DNA of 64,000 nucleotides from Verrucomicrobiia bacterium (GCA_963664225.1 OY760937.1:4384001-4448000), one strand, 5' to 3'. Positions 51,028 through 60,759 are shown, counted from the stretch's first letter. The notes: generated from the sequence alone by a model not told the origin. Made by a program: numbers and translations.

Positions 51028-51539
51028 AAATCGGCCGCATCACCATCAGCGACCGGGCCTCGGCTGGAATCTACCAGGATCTCGGCGGTCCCGAAATCGA
51101 GCGCGTCCTGTCCCTTTTACTGGAGGGACCGCTGGAATTTCAGTCCGGGATGGTATCCGACGATCAGGAATTGATCTCCCAAACGCTCGTTGAATTCGCA
51201 GATCGCCACCAATGCGCGTTGATCGTCACCACGGGGGGAACGGGTCCCGCCCCGCGCGATGTCACGCCGGAAGCCACACGCGCGATTCTGAAAAAAGAGC
51301 TGCCGGGTTTTGGCGAATTGATGCGCATGAATGCCTGGCCGCGTGTGAAGACCGCGATTTTGTCCCGAGCCACCGCCGGAATTCGCGGCCGCTCGCTAAT
51401 CGTTAACCTGCCCGGAAATCCCAGGGCCATTGCCGAATGCCTGGAATGGCTGGCCCCGGCCATCCGGGAAATACTTGCCATGCTGCAAGGGGTGAATCCT
51501 CACGAAAAGCCCGGTTGCACGATCCCGTCTGGTGGTTGA
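51024..51539 (+). CDS. mogA: Molybdopterin adenylyltransferase
   Basis: ISDRAS.G.YQDLGGP, TTGGTGPAPRDVTPEAT, AILSR, NLPGNP. Confidence 0.93.
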   Translation: MKIGRITISDRASAGIYQDLGGPEIERVLSLLLEGPLEFQSGMVSDDQELISQTLVEFADRHQCALIVTTGGTGPAPRDVTPEATRAILKKELPGFGELMRMNAWPRVKTAILSRATAGIRGRSLIVNLPGNPRAIAECLEWLAPAIREILAMLQGVNPHEKPGCTIPSGG

Positions 51540-51551
51540 AAGTATCGCCGT

Positions 51552-52526
51552 ATGGATCCGTTTGGACGCAACGTGGATTATCTGCGAATTTCGATCACCG
51601 ATCGGTGCAACGAGCGATGTTTGTATTGCCTGCCCGAGGGATTCAAGAACTGGCAACTGCGTCCGGATTTGCTCACGCATGAGGAAATCGTGCGCATTGT
51701 TCGAGTGGCCACGCAGATAGGTTTTCGCAAGTTCCGGTTGACCGGTGGTGAACCGCTGGTGCGACCCGGCGTTCCTGAACTGGTCCGGGATCTTTCGGCC
51801 ATTCCTGAAGTGAAAGCCCTGGGTCTCTCGACGAACGGAACTCTGCTGGCCCCTCTGGCCCAACAACTTCGCAATGCCGGTCTGCGCACCGTTAACATCA
51901 GCCTGGACGCTCTTTCCCCGGAAATTTACCAGCGCATCACCGGAGGGCCATTGAGCAAGGTTCTCGAAGGCATCGAAGCCGCCCGGGACGCTGGTTTCGA
52001 GTGCATCAAGCTCAATTGCGTGCTCATGCGGCACATCAACGAACCGGAGATTTGGCCGTTGGTTCACTTTGCGGCAGAACGCGATATAACTTTACGCTTC
52101 ATCGAACTGATGCCGGTTACGCGCACGGATGTGTTGAGTGATGAAAATTTTCTGCCTGTTGGAAAAATCATGGACCTGCTGCGGGAAAGCGATGAATTGA
52201 TTCCGCAGGAACACGCTGTAATTGGTTACGGGCCAGCGCGTTACTACCGGCTTAAGCATGCCGGGGCGCTGGTTGGGTTTATCGGGGCCATCACCAACCT
52301 GCATTTCTGCGAATCCTGCAACCGCATGCGCGTGACTGCGGATGGCAAAATTCGTCCCTGTCTGGGCAATCACGGTGAAATATCCCTTAAGTCGGCTCTT
52401 CGGGAAGGTCTTCCAGATGAAGTGCTTGGGCAGGTCATTTTCCAGGCGCTCGATCAAAAGCCGAAGGAACACCAGTTCCGCAACCAATACGAACCGTGCC
52501 GCCACATGACGGCCATTGGCGGTTGA
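51552..52526 (+). CDS. moaA: GTP 3',8-cyclase (radical SAM)
   Basis: YLRISITDRCNERCLYC, TGGEPL, FCESCNR, terminal MTAIGG. Confidence 0.97.
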   Translation: MDPFGRNVDYLRISITDRCNERCLYCLPEGFKNWQLRPDLLTHEEIVRIVRVATQIGFRKFRLTGGEPLVRPGVPELVRDLSAIPEVKALGLSTNGTLLAPLAQQLRNAGLRTVNISLDALSPEIYQRITGGPLSKVLEGIEAARDAGFECIKLNCVLMRHINEPEIWPLVHFAAERDITLRFIELMPVTRTDVLSDENFLPVGKIMDLLRESDELIPQEHAVIGYGPARYYRLKHAGALVGFIGAITNLHFCESCNRMRVTADGKIRPCLGNHGEISLKSALREGLPDEVLGQVIFQALDQKPKEHQFRNQYEPCRHMTAIGG

Positions 52527-52585
52527 CCACGGGTTGACGACGGGTTCGGTCAACGGGTTGACCACGGGTTGACTGCTGGTCAACC
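52521..52585. repeat. Short degenerate tandem repeat of GGTTGAC 11-mers with inverted GGTCAAC copies
   Basis: GGTTGACCACG GGTTGACGACG GGTTCGGTCAACG GGTTGACCACG GGTTGACTGCT GGTCAACC. Confidence 0.8.
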
Positions 52586-52705
52586 GGATTGATTTTTGGA
52601 ACCTTTGGCGGGGGAGCAGAGGATTTTTTGTCCCGCATCTCCCGGCGCGATTCTGTTTCAAAGGGGATTGTCATTTCGGCGGGCTGATCTTAGAGTTTAT
52701 GAATC

Positions 52706-53392
52706 ATGTGGAAGACATTTGCGGAACAGGGCTATCCGGGCCGGTTGATTGCGGTCGAGGGTCTCGATGGCTCGGGAAAGTCAACCCAGATTCATTTGCT
52801 GAAACGGTGGCTTGAACTCCAGGGTTTGAAGGTGTTTTTTTCCGAGTGGAATTCCTCAACGCTGGTCAAGGCGGCCACGAGCAAGGCGAAGAAACGGGAA
52901 TTGCTGACGCCGACCACTTTCAGCCTGATTCACGCGACGGATTTCGCGGACCGCTATGAGCGCCAGATTGTTCCCCTGATCCGCGCCGGTTACATCGCGC
53001 TGTGCGACCGGTATATCTTCACCGCATTCGCCCGGGATACCGTGCGGGGCTGCCCGCCGGATTGGGTGCGCGGCAATTATAATTTCGCGCTGCTGCCCGA
53101 TCTGACGTTCTTTTTCAAGTCGCGTCTCGATGTTTCGCTGCAGCGCATTTTGGACAACCGTCCGCAGTTAAAGTACTTTGAGGCTGGAATGGATTTAGGC
53201 CTGTCAACAGATCCTTATGAGAGTTTCAAGTTGTTCCAGGGCAAAATTCTCGACCAATACCTGCACATGAGCGGCGAGTTCAAGTTCCTGGTCATCGATG
53301 CCAATCAGCCGATCGAGACCCAACAAAACCTGGTGCGTGAACTGGTTACGGCGCGGCTGGATCTTTCGGGGTTTGAATTGCAAAAAAGTTAA
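52706..53392 (+). CDS. Thymidylate kinase-like protein 1
   Basis: IAVEGLDGSGKSTQ P-loop, CDRY, PDLTFF. Confidence 0.88.
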   Translation: MWKTFAEQGYPGRLIAVEGLDGSGKSTQIHLLKRWLELQGLKVFFSEWNSSTLVKAATSKAKKRELLTPTTFSLIHATDFADRYERQIVPLIRAGYIALCDRYIFTAFARDTVRGCPPDWVRGNYNFALLPDLTFFFKSRLDVSLQRILDNRPQLKYFEAGMDLGLSTDPYESFKLFQGKILDQYLHMSGEFKFLVIDANQPIETQQNLVRELVTARLDLSGFELQKS

Positions 53393-53403
53393 TCTTTTCT
53401 CAC

Positions 53404-54213
53404 ATGGACGACACTCCCTACACTCCTTATACTCCGACGGCGCAGACGGTTCCACCACCGTCCTCGACGCCGCTCCTGCGGTTCCGGCACAACGAAAAGC
53501 TCCACGTCAAGGTTCCCAAACACACGCCCAAGCGCTTTTACGGCCACGGCATTCCCGGCGTCGATCTGGACAAGCTTGTGGGCAAGCTCATTGTGGTGGA
53601 AGGCGCGGATTGTTCGGGGCGCAGCACGCAGATCGAGCGGCTGGTGGAATGGCTCGAGGGGAGCGGCCACGCCACGGTGCGCGTGGGCCTGAAACTCTCG
53701 AACCTTGTGAGCGAGGAACTGGAACTGGCCAAGCAGGGCAATGTGCTCAGCCGCATCACGCTGAGCCTTTTCTACGCCACCGATTTCGCCGATCAGCTCG
53801 AGAACATGATCATTCCCGCGTTGCGAGCCGGCGCCATGGTGCTGGCGGATCGCTATATTTATACGCTGATGGCGCGCGACATGGTGCGCGGGATGGACGA
53901 GGCCTGGCTTACCAATCTCTACGGAATGGCCCTGGTGCCCGATGCGGTCTTTTATTTGAACGTCGCGCCGGAAGACCTGGTTCAGCGCAATTTTGCAAAG
54001 AACGCCGCTTTGGATTATTGGGAGAGCGGCATCGACCTTGGTTTGAGCCGGGATTGGTTTGACAGTTTTCTGACGTATCAGGGTCTGCTCCAGAAGCAGT
54101 TTCAGCGGTTGCAAACGACTTATGGTTTCACCATCGTCAGCGGGCACAGGCCCATTGAAACGGTGAATTCCGAACTGCGGCATAAAATTGAAGCGGTGCT
54201 CAACGGCAAATAA
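53404..54213 (+). CDS. Thymidylate kinase-like protein 2 with degenerate P-loop
   Basis: IVVEGADCSGRSTQ, ADRY, PDAVFY; start uncertain (Pro/Thr-rich N-terminus). Confidence 0.85.
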   Translation: MDDTPYTPYTPTAQTVPPPSSTPLLRFRHNEKLHVKVPKHTPKRFYGHGIPGVDLDKLVGKLIVVEGADCSGRSTQIERLVEWLEGSGHATVRVGLKLSNLVSEELELAKQGNVLSRITLSLFYATDFADQLENMIIPALRAGAMVLADRYIYTLMARDMVRGMDEAWLTNLYGMALVPDAVFYLNVAPEDLVQRNFAKNAALDYWESGIDLGLSRDWFDSFLTYQGLLQKQFQRLQTTYGFTIVSGHRPIETVNSELRHKIEAVLNGK

Positions 54214-54243
54214 ATCAAGAATAATAATTTTCAATAATTGCAT

Positions 54244-55239
54244 ATGGCTGAAGCGAGCGAAAAGAAGGAATATTTCATCGGGGTGGACCTGGGCGGAACA
54301 AAGATTCTGGCGGGCGTGTTCAAGCCCCAGATCGAGTGCGTGGGCCGCTTTAAGATGAGCACCAAGCCCCAACGGGGGGCGAAGGGGGTCATCGAGCGTA
54401 TTGCCCGGTGTGTCGAGGATGCCATCGATGAATGCGACTTGAGCCTCAAGCAGGTGCGCGCCATCGGTGTCGGCGCTCCCGGCGCGGTGGATCCCGATTC
54501 CGGCCGGGTCATTTTCGCGCCCAATCTGGGATGGGAAAATGTGGATTTGAAGGCCGCCCTCGAGGATCAATTGAAGCTGCCGGTCTTCATTGAGAACGAC
54601 TGCAACGCCTGCACGCTGGGCGTGGTGGAGACCGAGTTGGATGCCAAGGTGAAAAATGTCATCGGCATTTTCCTGGGCACGGGCATCGGCGGCGGCATCA
54701 TCATCGACGGAAAGTTGTATTACGGTTTCAACCGCACCGCAGGGGAGATCGGGCACATGGTGATCGAGGTCGGTGGTCCGAAATGCGGTTGCGGCAATCG
54801 CGGCTGCTTTGAAGCCCTCGCAAGCCGCACCGCCATCTTCCGAAAAATCCAAAGCGCTGTCAAAGACGGGCAAAAAACCGTGCTTACCGACATGCTCGGC
54901 CCTTCCCTCGACGACATGCGCAGTGGGGATTTGCGCAAGGCCATTCGCCAGGGGGATAAATTTGTCGAGAAAGTCGTGGAGGAAGCGGCCGAATACACCG
55001 GCATTGCCGTGGCCAATTTGATCAACATCTTCAATCCCGAGGTGGTCATCCTCGGCGGAGGCGTCATTGCCGCCCTGGCGGATGAAATGATGGCGGTCAT
55101 TGTGGAAACCGCCAAGGACTACACCTTTCCGGGCACATTCAAAGGCATCAACATCATCGCCACCAAACTCGGTGACGACGCCGGGATATTCGGCGGCGCG
55201 GCATTGGCCCGGATAAAAGCGCGCAAATTGGAGCAGTGA
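54244..55239 (+). CDS. ROK family sugar kinase (glucokinase-like)
   Basis: GVDLGGTKI, ENDCN, GTGIGGG, GEIGH...CGCGNRGCFE. Confidence 0.93.
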   Translation: MAEASEKKEYFIGVDLGGTKILAGVFKPQIECVGRFKMSTKPQRGAKGVIERIARCVEDAIDECDLSLKQVRAIGVGAPGAVDPDSGRVIFAPNLGWENVDLKAALEDQLKLPVFIENDCNACTLGVVETELDAKVKNVIGIFLGTGIGGGIIIDGKLYYGFNRTAGEIGHMVIEVGGPKCGCGNRGCFEALASRTAIFRKIQSAVKDGQKTVLTDMLGPSLDDMRSGDLRKAIRQGDKFVEKVVEEAAEYTGIAVANLINIFNPEVVILGGGVIAALADEMMAVIVETAKDYTFPGTFKGINIIATKLGDDAGIFGGAALARIKARKLEQ

Positions 55240-55279
55240 ATCTGGGGGGGGCGCGATTCATTAGGCATAGGACTGAGGT

Positions 55280-55735
55280 GCAAACGCAATATTCCCGTTC
55301 GGGCGATATCACCACGGAGGGGAAAAAGTCACCGCTAATGTGCGCTAATGGACGCTAATAATTGGAGATAAAACTCATAGGAGGAAAACACAGGGCTGTG
55401 AAAGGGGAAATATTAACATGGATGGACAGGATTAACAGGATGGGGAAAAGGGCGGAATGGATAAGGACAGAATGGAAAAAGGCGGAATGGATAATTGACA
55501 ATTGACCCCGGGTGGGGTTGGTTGAGGAGGAAAATATCAGTTGGAAGGAAAAAAAGGCACGCCCTCATCCCGGCCTTCTCCCCCAGGAGAAGGAGGAGTA
55601 TTGCGAGCCTTGGGTTTATTGGACGGTTTGGAGGATGCCGCCGCATGGGATTACATGCCCCACACCGCAGACTGGAGTCCTGGCTGGGTTCGTACGGTTC
55701 AGGCTTTTACCAGCTTTCTGAGTTTTGTCGTGCGC
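55280..55735. repeat. Repeat block X, copy 1 (~455 bp)
   Basis: Near-identical to 55989-56443 (offset 708-709), about ten differences by eye. Confidence 0.92.
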
Positions 55736-55745
55736 CCAGCGGATG

Positions 55746-56012
55746 GATTTGAAGCGAGGCGGGAGATGGAGTTGATTCAACGCCTACAGCGTTGGGGATT
55801 CTGAGGGACGAGGACCCCGGGTAGTCCCCGGCGGACAACCCGGGGCTGAATGATTTAATCCCTTCGGGATAAAGAGATGTGGGAGGCAACCCCGTATAGC
55901 AGAGTGATGCAACCCGTTCCGGGTTGAGGTGCGCAAATTGGAGTAGTGAACCTGAGGCCTGGGATGCATCAGGCAAAGGCTTGGGGACGCAAACGTAATA
56001 TTCCCGCTCGGG
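55746..56012. repeat. Repeat block Y, copy 1 (267 bp), contains REP-like hairpins
   Basis: Near-identical to 60493-60759 (offset 4747). Confidence 0.92.
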
Positions 56013-56443
56013 CGACATCACCACGGAGGGGAAAAGTCACCGCTAATGTGCGCTAATGGACGCTAATAATTGGAGATAAAACTCATAGGAGGAAAAGACA
56101 GGGCTGTGAAAGGGGAAATATTAACATGGATGGACAGGATTAACAGGATGGGGAAAAGGGCGGAAAGGATAAGGACAGAATGGATAAAGGCGGAATGGAT
56201 AATTGACAATTGACCCCGGGTGGGGTTGGTTGAGGAGGAAAATATCAGTTGGAAGGAAAAAAAGGCACGCCCTCATCCCGGCCTTCTCCCCCAGGAGAAG
56301 GAGGAGTATTGCGAGCCTTGGGTTTATTGGACGGTTTGGAGGATGCCGCCGGGTGGGATTACATGCCCCACGCCGCAGACTGGAGTCCTGGCTGGGTTCG
56401 TACGGTTCAGGCTTTTACCAGCTTTCTGAGTTTTGTCCTGCGC
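55989..56443. repeat. Repeat block X, copy 2
   Basis: Direct repeat of 55280-55735; its first 24 bp overlap the end of Y1. Confidence 0.92.
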
Positions 56444-56509
56444 TCCGCATATTCCTGTGTTGCATTTTCCTGCTGACCAATCGGCTTCGCTATGATTTGC
56501 TTGTGCCTC

Positions 56510-59500
56510 ATGAGCAACAAAGTCCAGGGCGAACCGCAATCCGTGCCAGCGACGGAGGCATTTGAGCAGGCATTCAGCGTGGTTCAATCGCTGGCCCGGG
56601 ATTTTGAGGCGAACAAGGCCCATTTTCTTTCGCCATCGTACCAGGAAAGCGAAGTCCGAAAGGATTACATCGACAAGTTTCTGATGGCGCTGGGATGGGA
56701 CGTCAATCACGACCGGCAAAAGAACCCATTTGAGCAGGAGGTCAAGGTGGAACGGGGCGTGAACATGCAAGGCTCCCAACGCCGCGCGGATTACGCTTTT
56801 TACGCCGCCCCCAATTTCCGGGACGTGCGGTTCTTCGCGGAGGCCAAGAAACCGTTTGGGGACATCGCGACCCAGCAGAATTATTTTCAGACCATCCGCT
56901 ACGGGTGGAACGCCAAAACGCCCATTGCCATTCTCACGGACTTTGAGCAATTCCAGATTCTGGATTGCAGGAATAAGCCGAACATCGATGCGGCGCTGAC
57001 GCATTGCATCCGCAAGTTTCATTTTTCCGAGTATGCCGACAAGGACGCCTTCGCATTCATCTACTACCTGTTTTCGCGCGAAGCGGTTGCGAATGGATCG
57101 CTTGATAAATTCGCCGAAACCCTCCCCAAAAAGCGTGGCAAAGCGGCTCAGCGTGGGTTGTTCAAGGAGGGGCAGAGCATTGACGATGCGTTCCTGGAGG
57201 AACTGGACGAATACCGTGACACGCTTGCCCGCGCCTTCAAAAACAATAATCCAGATTTGGACGGCGACACGCTCACGGAGATGACGCAGCGGACGATTGA
57301 CCGCCTGGTTTTCATGCGGTTTATCGAGGACAAGCAGATTCAAGCCGAGGAGTATGTGTCCAATTTCGGGCGCAAGAGCACCGCGTGGCAGGACTTCATT
57401 ACCACGTCACGCCGGTTGGATGGCATCTACAACGGCATTGTTTTTAAGCGGCATGACATTCTGGACGCCCCCGCCTTCAAGGTGGACGACGAGGCTTTTG
57501 CGGATATTTGCAGGAAGCTCGCGCATGACAACTCGCCCTACGATTTTAACAGCATCCCGATCCACATCCTTGGCAGCATCTACGAGCGCTTTCTGGGCAA
57601 GGTCATCGTCACCACGGACAAACGCGCCCGACTTGAGGAAAAGCCCGAAGTCCGAAAAGCGGGGGGCGTATATTACACGCCTGAGTATATCGTCCGTTAC
57701 ATTGTGGAGAATACGGTCGGCAAGGTGATCGAGGACAAGACACCGGCACAGATCGAGACCCTGCGCTTTGCGGACATTGCGTGCGGCAGCGGGTCTTTCC
57801 TGCTGGGCGTCTATGACCTGCTGCTCCGTTATCATGTCAAATGGTTCAACGAGAATCCCGAGAAAGCCAAAAAGGCGGGGTGCATCGCCAATGACGACGG
57901 GGGGTGGAGCCTGTCCCTGCACCAGCGCAGGCGCATTCTGGTGAACAATATTTACGGCGTGGACATCGATCATCAGGCCGTGGAAGTGGCGCAACTTTCG
58001 CTCTACCTGAAACTGTTGCAGGATGAAACGACCGCCTCGGCGCGCCAGCATCAACTGGAGTTTCAAGAAACGATCCTGCCCTCGCTCAATAAAAACATCG
58101 TGTGCGGCAATTCGCTCATCGGCATGGATATATTGACGGGTCAACTCCTGGCGAGCGATGAGGAACGCAAATTGAATCCGATGGATTACGAACAGCGTTT
58201 TCCCGAAGTCATGAAGAAAGGCGGGTTCGATGCGATTGTGGGGAATCCGCCGTATGTGCGGCAAGAAACCCTGTCCAATATCAAAGGATATCTTGAAACA
58301 CATTACCAATCGTTTAATGGCATTGCAGACCTCTACACTTACTTCATGGAGAAGTCGCTGAGTCTCCTAAGAAACGGCGGTTTATTCAGTTACATCGTAT
58401 CCAGCAGTTTTCTGCGTGCCACGTATGGTGAGCCGTTGCGCCGTCACTTAAAATCAGTGGGCACTATTTTGCAGATGGTGGATTTTGGCGGTTTGGCAGT
58501 CTTTGCGAGTGCAAAAGATACCTATGTGTGTATTCCACTGATTGAAAAGGGCACCACTGAGCCACTGCCACGTATTCAGATCTGCAAAATCCCATCCCTG
58601 AAAATCACGAACCTGATGGCGTATGTTGCTGAACATTTTTTCACAATACCGGCGGAACGATTTTCAGCGGCGGCATGGCCGTTGAAGTCCGATGCAGAGG
58701 CGGCAGTTTTTGAAAAAGTGACGAAAGGCGGAATGCCGCTTGGGGATTACGTCCAACGGAAAATATTCTATGGCCTAAAAACAGGTTTAAATGATGCTTT
58801 TGTCATTACGTCAGAGCAGCGACAGAAGATAATTGAGCAGTCGCCAGGGAGTGCGTCGCTGATAAAACCATTTCTTGGCGGCGAAGACATTCGGCGCTAC
58901 CGCATTGAAGATGATGGAAAATTGATGATCGTTATTCCGTGCGGGTGGACACGAGCAGAAATCAACAAGACCAAGCAAGGAAACGCTTCTGAAAAGCAAG
59001 CATGGGAATGGTTAAATGAGAACCATGCTGCCATCGCCAAGCATCTTGAACAATATGAGGAATCGCTCCGAAAACGCCAAGACCAGGGAGATTTCTTCTG
59101 GGAATTGAGACCCTGCGATTATTACTCCCACCTCGACGCACCGAAAATCATTTTCCCGGACATCTGCAAAGCGCCACGTTTCTATGTTGACCGTGAAGGG
59201 ATTTATTTAACAAATACCGCATATTGTCTCGGTTCCGAGAGTCTTTATCTGCTTGGGCTGCTCAATGGCCGGTTGTTTTGGTTTGCGATCAGCAACATCA
59301 GCATTCCTTTTGGCGTCCGGGCTGGCGAATACCGCTACCGCCTGATTTATCAATACATGGAGCAAGTGCCCATTCACCCGATTGATGCCAAGAAACCGGC
59401 AGAAAAAGCAAAGCACGACAAAATTGTTTCGTTGGTGGAGCAGAACCTGTTAGTCCAAAAGCAGGCGGCCTCCGCCCAGTCCGACAAGGACAAGGATTTT

Positions 59501-59617
59501 TACGGGAACAAATGCGCGGCCATTGACAGCCAGATCGATGCGCTCGTTTACGAGTTGTATGATCTGACAGCGGAGGAAATCAGCATTGTGGAAGGCGCCT
59601 CGGAGGGCAAAGGCTGA
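56510..59617 (+). CDS. Type IIG (Eco57I-like) fused restriction endonuclease / N6-adenine methyltransferase
   Basis: Nuclease ADY...FAEAKKP, ILTDFE; LGSIYERFLG, RKAGGVYYTP; motif I DIACGSGSFL; IYGVDID; motif IV GNPPY; TaqI-C-like KIIFPDI...YLLGLLN. Confidence 0.93.
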   Translation: MSNKVQGEPQSVPATEAFEQAFSVVQSLARDFEANKAHFLSPSYQESEVRKDYIDKFLMALGWDVNHDRQKNPFEQEVKVERGVNMQGSQRRADYAFYAAPNFRDVRFFAEAKKPFGDIATQQNYFQTIRYGWNAKTPIAILTDFEQFQILDCRNKPNIDAALTHCIRKFHFSEYADKDAFAFIYYLFSREAVANGSLDKFAETLPKKRGKAAQRGLFKEGQSIDDAFLEELDEYRDTLARAFKNNNPDLDGDTLTEMTQRTIDRLVFMRFIEDKQIQAEEYVSNFGRKSTAWQDFITTSRRLDGIYNGIVFKRHDILDAPAFKVDDEAFADICRKLAHDNSPYDFNSIPIHILGSIYERFLGKVIVTTDKRARLEEKPEVRKAGGVYYTPEYIVRYIVENTVGKVIEDKTPAQIETLRFADIACGSGSFLLGVYDLLLRYHVKWFNENPEKAKKAGCIANDDGGWSLSLHQRRRILVNNIYGVDIDHQAVEVAQLSLYLKLLQDETTASARQHQLEFQETILPSLNKNIVCGNSLIGMDILTGQLLASDEERKLNPMDYEQRFPEVMKKGGFDAIVGNPPYVRQETLSNIKGYLETHYQSFNGIADLYTYFMEKSLSLLRNGGLFSYIVSSSFLRATYGEPLRRHLKSVGTILQMVDFGGLAVFASAKDTYVCIPLIEKGTTEPLPRIQICKIPSLKITNLMAYVAEHFFTIPAERFSAAAWPLKSDAEAAVFEKVTKGGMPLGDYVQRKIFYGLKTGLNDAFVITSEQRQKIIEQSPGSASLIKPFLGGEDIRRYRIEDDGKLMIVIPCGWTRAEINKTKQGNASEKQAWEWLNENHAAIAKHLEQYEESLRKRQDQGDFFWELRPCDYYSHLDAPKIIFPDICKAPRFYVDREGIYLTNTAYCLGSESLYLLGLLNGRLFWFAISNISIPFGVRAGEYRYRLIYQYMEQVPIHPIDAKKPAEKAKHDKIVSLVEQNLLVQKQAASAQSDKDKDFYGNKCAAIDSQIDALVYELYDLTAEEISIVEGASEGKG

Positions 59618-59711
59618 ATCAAACCACCGGCCATGGCATCGCAGGGGCCTTGGAAGTCGGTCATCCCTCCGGGATAAATAATTGTGTGAGGTGTAATCCC
59701 AGAGTAGTCCG

Positions 59712-60640
59712 TTCCTCGCAATCCCGGGGGTGCGTGGGATGGGTGGGCAGCGCGGCCTAATGCGAACTACGATGCGTAGGGGATCGATTTGAAGCGAGGC
59801 GGAAGATGGATTTGATTCAACGCCTACAGCGTTGGGGATTCTGAGGGACGAGGACCCCGGGTAGTCCCCGGCGGACAACCCGGGGCTGAGTGATTTAATC
59901 CCTTCGGGATAAAGACGTTTGGGAGGCGAACCCTGGGCAGTTTGTTTCCTCGCAATCCCGGGGGTGCGTGGGATGGGTGGGCCGCGCGGCCTAATGCGAA
60001 CTGCGATGCGTATAGGGGATCGATTTGAAGCGAGGCGGGAGATGGAGTTGATTCAACGCCTACAGCGTTGGGGATTCTGAGGGACGAGGACCCCGGGTAG
60101 TCCCCGGCGGACAACCCGGGGCTGAATGATTTAATTCCTTCGGGATAAAGAGATGTGGGAGGCAACCCCGTGGGTAGTTTGTTTCCTCGCAATCCCGGGG
60201 GTGCGTGGGATGGGTGGGCAGCGCGGCCTAATGCGAACTGCGATGCGTATAGGGGATCGATTTGAAGCGAGGCGGAAGATGGATTTGATTCAACGCCTAC
60301 AGCGTTGGGGATTCTGAGGGACGAGGACCCCGGGTAGTCCCCGGCGGACAACCCGGGGCTGAGTGATTTAATCCCTTCGGGATAAAGACATTTGGGAGGC
60401 GAACCCTGGGCAGTTTGTTTCCTCGCAATCCCGGGGGTGCGTGGGATGGGTGGGCAGCGCGGCCTAATGCGAACTGCGATGCGTAGGGGATCGATTTGAA
60501 GCGAGGCGGGAGATGGAGTTGATTCAACGCCTACAGCGTTGGGGATTCTGAGGGACGAGGACCCCGGGTAGTCCCCGGCGGACAACCCGGGGCTGAATGA
60601 TTTAATCCCTTCGGGATAAAGAGATGTGGGAGGCAACCCC
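59712..60640. repeat. Tandem array of four ~236-bp palindrome-rich (REP-like) units, alternating A/B variants
   Basis: TTCCTCGCAATCCC anchors at 59712, 59946, 60183 and 60419; each unit has CAACGC/GCGTTG, CCCCGGGT..ACCCGGGG and ATCCC/GGGAT hairpins (the last with one mismatch in unit 2). Confidence 0.95.
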
Positions 60641-60759
60641 GTATAGCTAAGTGATGCAACCCGTTCCGGGTTGAGGTGCGCAAATTGGAGCAGTGAACAT
60701 GAGACCTGGGATGCATCAGGCAAAGGCTTGGGGACGCAAACGCAATATTCCCGTTCGGG
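60493..60759. repeat. Repeat block Y, copy 2
   Basis: Direct repeat of 55746-56012; overlaps the fourth array unit and ends inside the first hipBA palindrome. Confidence 0.92.

Noticed and set aside
53389..54873. 494-aa minus-strand ORF
   Set aside because: Antisense shadow of the Tmk-like and ROK genes, which have clear motifs on the plus strand.
55495..56565. Duplicated small ORFs (MTIDPGWG..., MGLVEEEN..., MEGKKG...)
   Set aside because: They occur in all three frames inside repeat block X and have no protein-like motif.
59712..60640. CRISPR array
   Set aside because: Units are ~236 bp and near-identical along their length, with no unique spacers and no cas genes in the window.
59824..60723. 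299-aa minus-strand ORF with repeated YPEGIKSFSPGLSAGDYPG
   Set aside because: It is the translation of the DNA repeat; small indels shift parts of the units between frames, so selection appears to act on the DNA or RNA structure.
60715..60745. c-di-GMP-I riboswitch-like words GGCAAA...GACGCAAA (also near 55972)
   Set aside because: No room for the P2 stem with its GNRA loop and no P3; the words lie inside repeat Y.
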